The translations under genes were made by a program, and so were the position numbers. Shown piece after piece: positions 1-11,096 of a DNA stretch of 64,000 nt. Origin of the DNA: Octopus bimaculoides (taxonomy: Eukaryota); contig NC_068987.1 in NCBI RefSeq assembly GCF_001194135.2, positions 3,646,425 to 3,710,424 of the forward strand, given 5' to 3'. A model generated the notes under the pieces. That model saw nothing but the letters and a program-made list of their open reading frames with translations. It made no database searches and was not told where the DNA came from. Positions within the stretch are counted from its first letter, which is position 1, and every line of letters begins with the position of its first letter.

Positions 1-1124
1 AGATTTTAAATATTTGAGAGACAACAATGCATAAATCGTAATTTTTTAAAAGAGCAATGAATTCTGGGTGATTAGAATATAACGTAGCATGAATTTAGGA
101 AGCTTAGAAAATGAATAAGCATGAATTTAAGACAACAACTGAATTCAATTGAATTTCATGGAGAGAAACAAGATAAATAATAAGGGACAAAACTAAAGCG
201 CAAGGTATTGAGATGTTTGAGGCCGTAAATAAATAAAAATCTCTATCTTATCTGCATCTTGGGTATTTCGTCGTAGTACGTCAGCGAGATAATTTAGAAT
301 GGGTTTCTCATTTATATATAGCCAGAACATTTTAATAAATCAAGAATTTATGTTGTAAGGTATTTGATATACCTGTATTTGTCAGGGGGTTTTCGGGTCC
401 CCCCCCCACAGACCGGTCACTCTGAGTTATTTCCCTTTGCTCATTTTTATTTAAATTATGCAAATTACTACGGTCATACACGTGTTCTACCGTATTTGTA
501 CAAGACGAAGCCGTAGCGTTAAGAAGTCTCGTAATAAGAAACATATTTTTCCATGAAACATGGAAGTTAATTGGAAAATAGGTTTTCTGTTACAGAATTC
601 CACATTATGTCAAGACTTTCAAAAGCACAACGCTTGTTACCTAGGGGACACCTGTAGTTATTTAAATAAAACCAAATAATTAATGTCACTGTAATTAGTA
701 AAGGACATTATTATAGTAATTGTCATGTCCTGGGTATGACTTTAAACTGGATCTGGTAGTGAGACCCTGGTTCGGGAGTTCTAAGTCTTTAACAAGCCTA
801 GAACCACATCTTGGCCACTATTTTCCCCCCCGAGATCTATTTTGACCATGTGTAGTTGTATCAGTCATGATCCCAGCTATGGAACTGCCTCTGGGAAGAA
901 GGTCATTCACAGACACCCAAATGGAGCCAGGATAGACATGACCAGCGATGTATAACAATGTCCGGTAGTCTGGTCGATCATGTGACTGTGCAATTAATAG
1001 ATTGTACTGACTAATTACCAACAAGAAACTGCAATAAATCTAATTATTTTAAAATCGCAAAACCAAAGAAATTCAAGGAGTAATGCGTGAAAGTTTGGTG
1101 TTGGAATTACTAAAATGAACTTAC

Positions 1125-1212
1125 CTCAACTGCCTCAGAGAAAATGAAGAAAGCAATAAATAGGAGAAAGAGACCGTTTACAAAACCAGCCAATATTTCA
1201 GCACGTACATAG
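1125..1212 (-). CDS. SLC30A7: ZnT7 coding exon 4: YVRAEILAGFVNGLFLLFIAFFIFSEAVE, TM3; gene continues beyond window start
   Basis: Acceptor ttttcaag, donor GAG|GTAAGT; 88 nt, phase 2/0; canonical GYxRxExLAGFVNGLFL motif. No His-rich loop exon was found in 1-1100. Confidence 0.96.
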
Positions 1213-2084
1213 CTTGAAAATTAGAAAGAAAAGAAAAAAAAAAAAAACAATAACATTTTAATATTATTGGAATAAGTATCAATAGTTTATAAGAATTCAT
1301 ATTTTTTGCAGTCTATTTATCATTATCACATTATCATCATCGTCTAACGTCCGTTTTCCATGCGGTCATGAGTTGGACAGTTTGACTGGGGTCTGGGAAG
1401 CCAGAAGGCTGCACCAGGCTCCAATCTGACTTTTACAATGCTTCTACAGCTGGATGCCCTTCCTAACGCCAAACACTCAGAGTGTAGTGGGTGCTTTTTA
1501 TGTGCTACCTGCATGGGAGCCAGTCAAGCGGGCCTGGCACTGATCACGTTCGGATGGTGCTTTTTACATGCCACCAGCACAGGAGCCAATCAGGGGGCAC
1601 TGGGCACAGCTACAACATCATTTATTACTATCATGCAGAGTCAAAGCAAGGTAATGGTACACACACACACACAAAAGGCTTCTTTCAGTTTCCATCTACC
1701 AAATCCACTCACAAGGCTTTGGCCAGCCCAGGGTCATAGTAGAAGACACTTGCCCAAGGTGCTACACAGTAGGACTGAACCTAAAACCATGTGGTTAGGA
1801 AGCCAACTTTTTACCAAATGGTTCTTAAGTCTGAAAATGTCAAATAAATTCAGTTACAAATTTAACCAAATATGCGTAAACAAAAACCAACAAAATGATA
1901 AAGATCTTGAGTACTGATTAATTGCAGAATTGGAGGCTACTAACGAGTTTCAAATTGAGCCTCATTTGTTCAGCAGAATAAGAAGTAAACAATCCATAGA
2001 TTCCACATACCTATGTTCATATGAACAACTCTGATCATAATCAAATACTACAAACATAACATATATTCATCAATGTAATACTTA

Positions 2085-2228
<144 letters not shown>

Positions 2229-5200
2229 TTAGCTTTCTTGACAGATACATCCAGCTGTTACAATAAATATCCATTCACTTAAATAATTTCATATAAACAA
2301 AATCAATCAATAAAATTGATTAAATAAACCTTTAGAATACAGACTCCTCTGTCAAACGTAAAGCTCATTTATTCACATTGTTTTGAATTTATCTAGCATT
2401 ATCTTGTAGCCTTGTGATTGCACTGATGCGATTGTTTATGTTAAATGACATTTTAGGGTAGGTATGAGAGGCCAGATCAAGCCAGCTTGAATGTAAAGCA
2501 TGTAAAATATTTCGGCCAGATACAGCCTTGTTTAAATGTTAAATGGTCAAAGCACTTCTGTATGGAACCAAAATCGATAAATTTTTTTACTGATTTAACT
2601 CACAAATGTTGAGACACAATCCGTCACTTGTACAAGTATACATGTACGCTATACAAGCCTACCCAATGCCAACATGGAGGACAGGCGTGACACATGTAGA
2701 CTATATAAAATGTGGAGGGTTGTGTTCAAACCATAACTCAATTTGTTATCAAAACATACATGTAGCATTAGTTTCATGGATGAGATCTTTATTAATTTTA
2801 ATTTTAAAAAATAATGGTTATTAGTTCAACTCCAATCTGGGACTTTGTTTACATCTAAAAATAAGATGACAATCAGAGATCAATCCAATTGAAATATAGA
2901 TTTAATCATTTCATTACCAAATTTCTATTGAAATATGCAGCCCGTTTTAATTAATTTGGAAACTAACAGAAAATTTAGTAAAATAACTTTGTCGTTATTA
3001 AACTTTTCGAAAGAAGGTTTTAATTTACATTACTTTAAAACAGGAAGTTTGTATCACAGAATGCGATGCATCTCTGCTGAGAACTGAATTTAAATAGAAT
3101 TTTAATGGAAGATTTTAATTTAGATTATTTTAGAAGAGGAAGTTTCTATTCTACAACCAGTCACTTCCTAAATGTAAACTGAATTAATATGGAATTTTGA
3201 TGGATGGTTTTAATTTAGGTCATTTTAATATCTGTGGATTAATAAGACAGCAAGCTGGCAGAATCATTAGACGCTGAGCAGTATCTCATTCATCTCCATG
3301 TTCTGAGTTCAAATTCTGCTTTTCGGGGTTAATTAAAAAGGTACTAGTTGAGTATTGGGGTCGATGTAATTAACTACCGTCTCCATCTCCACCGGCTGAA
3401 GTTGTTGACCTTGCACCAAAATTTGAAACTCATATCTGTAAATTAGTATTTGCAGCAGCGTGTTGATGTGAGAAAGCTTAGCCTTTGTATCAAATGCTGT
3501 TGCTGGATTTTCAGTCAGATGTTGGTGGGTTAAGCTATTCTATCCCACATGTGTAAAACAATAATCTAACATGGAAACACTTAAGCCTTGTGGCAGAAAG
3601 AAGCTTAATATTTGATATTGCAGTCACACCAATGTTACTGATGTGCAGCTGCTATGAAAGATCATCAAAGATTAAGACGTCTAGCAATGAGCGTGAAGTT
3701 CTCGAGACTGTGTCTCGGTGCTTATGACTGTACGTCTATGGCAGGAGGTGTTTACGTTGCATGTGGATGAAATCTGTTTGTGGAGAGATAAGGCATGAAC
3801 AGTAGAAATAACCTTTATCAGTGAATTTGAAAATAAATGTAACACTAAGTTGTGGAAAAGATAACTGAAATACAGAACAATTGAGGTAACAGAAAGTTCA
3901 GACAAAAAACTTCTAATTTAAGAGGCAAGGAGTGGTGGGGAGGGGTCTGAAGTAGTTAGGGTGGGGGTTAAAGTCAACAGCTTGGCTTTTTACTAAAGCA
4001 TTTAGGAGTGGTCCTTGTGGCGGGAAAGCAGGCCTTCCTGGGCAAGTGGGGGAGAATTGTCACGGTTGAAAAGGAGTTGGTTCCCAATGTATTGAACTTG
4101 TGAAACCCCCAAGAGGACCAAAAGAAATATAGTCGATTCCCTCCTATCCAGTACTCAAATAACCAGGGATTTCAAACAACTGGCACCCAGAAAAATAGGG
4201 AAAATAAACCAAACAGTCTTGAATATAGCCTGAACAGTCAGTTACAAACCACTGAGCCTTAATTTTCATTCACCACTTTGTGGACCTGGTCAAAAAAAAA
4301 AACCCTAAATATTTTAGCATTCAGACTCCTCTATCATATATAATGCTTATTTATTCATATTGTATTCAATTAATCATGCATTATCTCATGGATTCAAAAT
4401 TTTGATGATGTAATTGTTTATTTTTACCATGACATTGTTGGGTAGGTGTGAGAGACTGGATCTGGCCAGTTTGAACATAAAACAGGTATGGCTGCTTTAA
4501 ATGCTGAAGGGTCAAATCACAAATGCAAGGGAAAATTAGTCTTTACTAAGCACTAATCATTAGGAAGGGCATCCAGCTGTTGAAAACCATGCCAAAGCCG
4601 ATAGTAGAGCACAATGCAGTCATTGGGCCCATTGGATCCTGTCAAAACCTTCCAACCCATACCAGCATAGAGTATAGATGCCAATTGATAATGAATTTAA
4701 TCAATGATCTTTCCCCTCAAAGTTATAGCAGACAGTAATTCATTACTTCTCTAACAACTTTACCATTTCCTTATCTTAGCACTTCATTCCAACTTGCTCT
4801 TTAACAGTAGCACAAAAGCATCAATATTGTTGAAGAAATTCAGATATTAACAAATGGTATATTGTTTTTTTGACTGAAGTTTGACAGCTGGCTGATACAC
4901 CCCCACGACATCATACATCTCTCACCCCCACCTCATGCACTACACCTGCATCTCTCTTATCCACCCACTCCTGTAACTTACCCAACATCATCCCTCTCTT
5001 GCCCTTCTCCTGTCTACTGTTACATTATTCCCATTCTGCTGTTCCATACTATCAGTCATCTCCTACTTCCACCACCACCCCATCACTCTCTGGCTCCATT
5101 CAGTCACTTCGACTTTCTCTTCTGAAATAGCAGTAGTCACACAACAAACCAGTTCTGTTCTGGCATAAAGTTGCCACCCACCTCGTGCCAGGTTGGTCGT

Positions 5201-5370
5201 CTTGCAAACTGAATTAATGGCCTCACTGGTGCTGGTGGCATGAGAAGAAGAAACTATGCCAAAGCGGACACCGAAGCTCAGTGCAGCTGCACAGCTTGCT
5301 GGATCCTGTCAAACTGGCCAACACATGCAAGGATGGGAAACTGGCATTGGATGACAATGATGCTGATAAT

Positions 5371-5418
<48 letters not shown>

Positions 5419-6510
5419 TGACTCCTTGACTCACTATCACATGATAGTTTTAAAATGAGTGTCGCTGTCATAGAAGACATTCATTTCCAATTCTCTGGGA
5501 AAACCATGGGAGAAATATTACCTTGCTCGGAAACAGATGAGGGTTGATGACAGGAAGGGCATCCAACCATCTACCTGGATAAACTTTGTGACTTATGCAA
5601 GCACAGAGCAGAATACAAGAGATTGAAACATCTAGTGATTTGTTGTGCTTGAGAAGGCATGCCAAGCCAAATAAAATCATGGCCATACAGCCTGTTGTCT
5701 GTCAAAACTACCCAACCTATTTTCCCCAACACTTCCTCCATCCTACCGCCTGCTGCAGACCATTCCACTCTCCCTCATGTGCCAACCCACACTCTCTCTA
5801 TGCCATCACATATCTACCATAGCCTCCCTCCCCCCCATCACTTGCTGCAGTGACCTCTCTCCATCTCTAAACATCTCTCCTCACACTCTTATGCAACCCC
5901 CCCTTGTACCATTTATATTCCCCTCACTGCATCTTGTAGCTATGTCCCAATGTATCTCCAACACTATTTCTCTCTGTCAATCTCTCTCTCTTTTCCTATC
6001 AGGGTGACCAAAGTATCTCCCCTACAGTAAGATACCTATGTTTATCCTTCAATTATTCTTCAACCTCTCAACTGGAATGAAGCCACCTTCCTCAGCACCA
6101 CTCCATCTCCCAGCTGAGGGAATCTTGGTCTTGGAAGTTACTTGGTGAACCCACTGGTGCTGGTGCTACATAAAAAGCATTCGGTCCACTCTGTAAAGTG
6201 GTTGGCATTAGGAAAGGCAGAGAAACAGATAACAGAGCTTGACGCAGTTTACCTGCCTGTGCTCCTGTCAAACCATCCAACCCAGGTCAGCATGGAAAAC
6301 AGACATTAAAGGATTATGATATAGGTTTGATCTGAAGAAAGGGGTTGTACCTATGACCTTCAGAAGTCCTCATTTGAACAGCCACAGGAGACAACGGAGT
6401 AGCCTCTGTAAAGTCTCTTAAACAGCTAGAAACAGCAGCCAAGCTTCCCTCAAATCACAGTATTTTAAAAACAACCATACAACGTACTGAATAATGTGAT
6501 CTTGGATATA

Positions 6511-6727
6511 CAAAGGGGTGCTGAAAAGTTCCTGGCTTTAAGGGTATTGTGAAAGGCCTGGTTGGAGGCCCAACCTTCTGAGTTTTTTTATAGGACTTCA
6601 AAAAACTGAAGGACCACTGCAATAAGTGTGTGAATCTGAGAGGGGTATATGCTGAATAAAAGCATAATTAACAGATCCTCCTGTATTTTCTTACACCCAA
6701 AGCCAGGGGCTTTTCAGCACCCCCTCG
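6511..6727. mobile_element. Tc1/mariner-type MITE, copy 1
   Basis: About 29-bp TIRs (C(G/A)AGGGGGTGCTGAAAAG..CCTGGCTTT); TA on both flanks. Confidence 0.8.
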
Positions 6728-6899
6728 TATTGTATGAATAAACAATGGGATGGTCGTGGCTGGCCTACATTTGCTCAGAAATCTGTTCAATCTTTGTTGA
6801 TAACAACACAGGTAGAGGAGGGATTCCAGTGGACGGTGATGGTCAGGGGATGAAGCAATGGGAGAAGGGGGTTAGTGAGAGTTAGGAAGGGGAGATGAA

Positions 6900-7290
6900 C
6901 GTGAAATGAGTGAGTTGGACAAGACCGGTCATTTCCAAAGAAAGGGAGATCACTTCAATAGTAGAGAGAGAGAGGGTGGAGGCGGAGTAAGTACTGGCTG
7001 TGAACCAGACAGGAACGTGTTGGTAAACGACTTCTTATCAATGATTCAAGTGGTCCTTTCCGTCGAACGTGATCTAGGATATTTTGTAGTATGTGAACCA
7101 GCAGTAGTACTTTCCCACGTGTGGGATATAGATTCCATTACGGGTCTCACCGAGCTGTTACAGAATGACGTATTTCCACCGAAGCTTAAAATTACGAAGA
7201 AATACTTGATGCATATATTAGCCACGACACTAGAAATACCGTCTTCCCAGACACACAACTGTCACCTGGTCATATTTTTAACAGCAGGTA
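6900..7290 (-). mobile_element. Possible decayed Penelope-like element fragment
   Basis: A minus frame reads HILQN...RR...L..LIRSRLP, reminiscent of the PLE RT-to-GIY-YIG linker; multiple stops. Confidence 0.3.
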
Positions 7291-7409
7291 AAGGCGGGTC
7301 GCTTAGAATGTAAGGTCGTTAGTTCGATACCTGGCGCGTTGTCTCCTTGAGCAAGACACTTTATTTATTTCACATTGCTTCAGTCAATTTGACTGGCAAA
7401 AGTGAGTAA

Positions 7410-7640
7410 GGTACTACTAAAGCAGCGCGGACCCGAACGTGCAGTCGCGCGTCCGCGCTAGCTAGTCGTGAGTGGTCGATCCTAACCCTAACCCTAAACA
7501 CGTATTCATTTGCACACGCGGGTTAGGGTTAGGGTTATGGTTAGGGTTAGGGACAGGGTTAGGGTTAGGATCGACCACTCAAGACTAGCTAGCGCGGACG
7601 CGCGACTGCGCGTTCGGGTCCGCGCTGCTTTAGTAGTACC
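7410..7640. mobile_element. 231-bp foldback MITE: 86-bp TIRs, 9-bp TSD (AGTGAGTAA), internal (CCCTAA)n/(TTAGGG)n; Mutator-like by TSD length
   Basis: Arms 7410-7495 and 7555-7640 are reverse complements with 2 mismatches; identical AGTGAGTAA at 7401-7409 and 7641-7649; interrupts a SINE. Confidence 0.85.
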
Positions 7641-9380
7641 AGTGAGTAATATCAGTGATTCAAAGGGCCAGCCTTGTCTCACATCCTGTGTCACGCTGAC
7701 CCACCTTGAGAACTATGTTAAAGGTATGCGTGTCTGAGGAGTGCTCAGCCACTTGCACGTTAATTTCACGAGCAGACTGTTCCGTTGATCGGATCAGCTG
7801 GAATCCTTGTTGTCATGACCGATGGGGGTAACAGTTTTTTAACAGCACCAGAAGTGATCTCCTTACATACAGAACTGCATCACTAGACCGTTTGTCAGCT
7901 TATTTCTAAATATTCCCTCTCTCGCTCCTAGACTACTGCGTGTCAGTAACAATAAAATATTCTAGGAGTTAAACTTTCCGAAGGAGAATGTCAACAAACG
8001 AATGAATAATCCCTGAGTCAATTTACACTTAAAGCAAAACTTTTTATAAAAGTCAATAAGCTGTCAATATGCAAAAAGAGGTGAGCAACGAAATTGATTT
8101 TAACAAAATCAACAAATGGAGATATTTGGAAAAGCATGACAGTTGTACAAAGTGTCCGTTAAACAGCAAATCCATTGTCGCTGCGACGGTAAAACGTCTT
8201 CAGGTTAAGGTAATAGACTGTGACCAAAAATACAAAGCACAAAATCTAAAGATTCACATTAACCAAAGGACGACGAATCAACGAAGGAGTTTTTACGTGG
8301 TCTTTAGAGCTGCTAGAAAGAGAAGCCAAACTTCATTCAAATAATACTCCGTCTTGAGAGAGGAAAATACACATTGGATAATGTAGTCTTAGAAATCCTT
8401 AGACAGATGTGATAGTTTTGGGAGGAATACTTTTTATTTTATCAAGATTAACTAGTAGATATAAACAACAATGTCTGTTGGTATGTGGTTGTTACTCGTA
8501 GACAAACAAGAAACGTCAAGTTTCATCCGTTCGCATAGAAAATGTCCTAAACCCATTCATCTGACAAACACAACACATTCAACTGCAAAAGTGACGATGA
8601 CATGAAATACATAAACATTTAACGGTAATCTTAGACGAAAGCAAAAACATAAACTGCTCCAATTTCAAAATCAAACCAGGATGCGATAGTTTGGTATTAC
8701 TTGAAGAATGTCTGTTGTTTATCAAAAGGCACAAAGAAATATGAATATTTACTTTTATCACAGTAAACTATATTATCATATTATTACATAAATAAATATT
8801 AGAATTATCAAAAGCTCTAAACAAAATATTTCTTTAAAAAAATTATTCAACATTTTATCTTAGACTTCTTATTCTTATTTCAAGACAAGCCTCCTATATT
8901 CGTCATATGCTTTGCACTAGTTTTGGCTGCTGAGCAAGATTTAAATTAACTTTGTCAACTATTGAATAATAAAATCAATTAATATAAAGAACATCGCAAA
9001 TATATTAAAATCAAAAGATTATCATTTTCTGTTGCCGGTTAACCATTAATATCTCTAATTAATCAAAGAAAGCCAATAGAAGGTTACATAAGCTTTAAAA
9101 CGGCAAAGTAAATCCGTAGTATATATTTTAACTCACAAGTAAATGCTTCCCTTTTTATAAGTTTAAATTATAGGTTTTTCTTCACAACTACAAATAAATA
9201 CGTCACAACAGATGTTGCCCTTTAAAATCGATAGAATGGCAGTAACGGTAATATAAATCATATATATATAAAATATAGAAATATTTTAATTCCCATCAAA
9301 ACATTTCTATTAGAACCAAACTTCATTTTAAAATATGGGGTTCTTTTCTACGATAAATTAAAAATATAACGGTAACAAAC

Positions 9381-9482
9381 CTGTTCGTCCACACGCCATA
9401 TATTAATTCCACAAATGCAAATGACAGATTTAATAAAAGAAACAAAAATATGTTCCTTGAGGTTTTTTCAGAAAATATTAAC
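9381..9482 (-). CDS. SLC30A7: ZnT7 coding exon 2: LIFSEKTSRNIFLFLLLNLSFAFVELIYGVWTN(S), TM1
   Basis: Acceptor ttttatttgcag, donor AG|GTTTGT; 102 nt, phase 2/2; matches the ZnT7 KTSRN...LNLSFAFVEL.YG.W.N motif. Confidence 0.95.
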
Positions 9483-10059
9483 CTGCAAATAAAAATATTA
9501 ATAATGTAGAGTTTTACATAAAGTTGTCTGAAAGTTTTTTTTTTTGTTTATTTGTTTTTTGCAAGACCCCCTTTAAATTTAAACAATTGTAATTGTTGCC
9601 ATCTACATGTAAATATATTTAGAAAATTAAATTAATATGTGCCTAAAACATTAGGATTGAGTAAATAAATAATTGTCAATAAGACAAGAAATTACATATG
9701 TTAGTTTATAGAAACCTTTGTTAGTTATTAGCGGAGTTTTGGGGTAATTTAAATAACTTTCAAAAGTAATTTTAAGAACTGACTGTTCGGTGTTAATTCA
9801 TTTATAGATCAATAAATATTAAACTGAAATAAATTTGAGAAGAAAATACGATAATATATCTGTTTTAATTGAAACAAGATGTCATAGATTAAAGAAAGAA
9901 GTAGCGAAATATTTGGTTAATTGGACAAATGATAATGAAATAGTTGAAAAAGTGAGAGGAGAAATAGATCGACAGGTAAGAAACAGGTTGAGTGTTGTTT
10001 TCTTGTGTTTTGTGTATAAATGCCACGTGTACGACAAGTTGACAGATTAAATTGCTCAC

Positions 10060-10136
10060 CTTAACCATGCGTAGAATTTCTCTTTTAGGTACCATCCTGG
10101 TCTATATTCACTGTCATGAATATGTTGTGGAAGCAT
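10060..10136 (-). CDS. SLC30A7: Zinc transporter 7 (CDF family), coding exon 1: MLPQHIHDSEYRPGWYLKEKFYAWL(R)
   Basis: ATG at 10136; donor AAG|GTGAGC at 10059; 77 nt, phase 2. Resembles the ZnT7 N-terminus (MLPLSIKDDEYKP...GWFR) rather than ZnT5. Confidence 0.9.
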
Positions 10137-10371
10137 GATCCTCTTACCGATTCAAACTAAATGCTGGAGACTAGAATATTTCTTTACTGGGATTTAAAAA
10201 TTCAGAACGGCGGCATACTTATCGAATCATATTTTTATTTATTCTGTTGGACATTTGTCAGTGTCGCCTTGTTGCAAGAGAGAGTATCACTTCCGGAAAA
10301 TAATGTTTTTGTGATGAATCTGCGGCTGTACGAAAAAGTGCTAGCTTCGGCATAGCGAGAGTAGCTCTGCC

Positions 10372-10385
10372 ATTGCCATAGTAAC
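10372..10385. promoter_or_regulatory. RFX X-box-like motif ATTGCCATAGTAAC in the ZnT7 proximal upstream region
   Basis: 13/14 match to GTNRCCNNRGYAAC, about 240 bp upstream of the ZnT7 ATG in a CpG-containing patch. Confidence 0.4.
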
Positions 10386-10479
10386 CACAGTCGCTTTGCC
10401 TTTCTGTGTTGTTTCAACGGTTTCGAGACGAACGAAATTTTTACAACAATAAAAAATAGGACTAGAGGTCATCCCCGAG

Positions 10480-10700
10480 CCGTAGGCTCAGAAGACCGGA
10501 TTCTGTGGCATATATATTACCCAGCGGGACGGGAAGCTGGTCCGTTGCAGGATTACACATTTTTGCCAGCCGTGTGGACGGGCAACGTGGAATGAAGTGT
10601 TTTGCTCAAAAACGCAACGGATCGACCGGTCCAGGAATCGAAACCACAATCTCATAATCCTGAGTGCAATACCATTACCATTAAACCACGCGCCTTCACT
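10480..10700 (-). mobile_element. tRNA-derived SINE family E (others at about 26290-26530, 55200-55320, 59860-60000)
   Basis: GCGCGTGGTTTAATGGT head, GGTTTCGATTCC box, TTGAGCAAAACACTTCATT core. Confidence 0.65.
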
Positions 10701-10943
10701 TATAACAATTCTGTTTGCTTGTTTGAAAACTAATTAGTAATCTATAAGCGTTGCCTTTCATTCGTTTATTTTAGTTTTAATGACTATGTCGCAGTTCGCT
10801 CCCCGTATATGATATTTGAAAATTTACTGGAAACTTTCGAGGTTTCCCATTTGGAATGGCGTGAGTTTTGGTCATTCCCTTCTTTAAATGTAACACCACC
10901 CTTGGTCAAAATTGCCACTCTTCCTTCCAAAGTGGCCGCTCTG

Positions 10944-11096
10944 TGCGCTCGGCACACCCCACAGTCACCACTGTTAATACGCGCTAAGTTTGTTTTGAAT
11001 TTGCATGGCCAAAAGCTATCTGAACGACCGGGTTTGTGCTTATCCATACCTGGTGGTCATAAGTATTATCGTGGCTAAGAAACACTCAATGCACAC
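10944..11096. promoter_or_regulatory. Two metal-response-element-like cores upstream of ZnT7 (TGCGCTCGGCAC at 10944; TGCACAC at 11090)
   Basis: Both match TGCRCNC; the first also has the GC-rich GGC flank of the extended MRE consensus. Confidence 0.3.

Noticed and set aside
3500-3905. L2/CR1 RT relic (STET...AFDT)
   Set aside because: The motifs are too short and their spacing is inconsistent with RT domains.
7481-7569. Telomere or chromosome-fusion scar
   Set aside because: The repeats are enclosed by TIRs and a TSD, and their orientation (CCCTAA then TTAGGG) is opposite to an end-to-end fusion signature.
9835-10050. Antisense ORF/donor (CAG|GTAAGA near 9975) within ZnT7 intron 1
   Set aside because: No recognisable product, acceptor or continuation.
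10784-11078. Overlapping 87-aa and 89-aa ORFs upstream of ZnT7
   Set aside because: No recognisable domain; best explained by a locally GC-richer promoter-proximal or repeat sequence.
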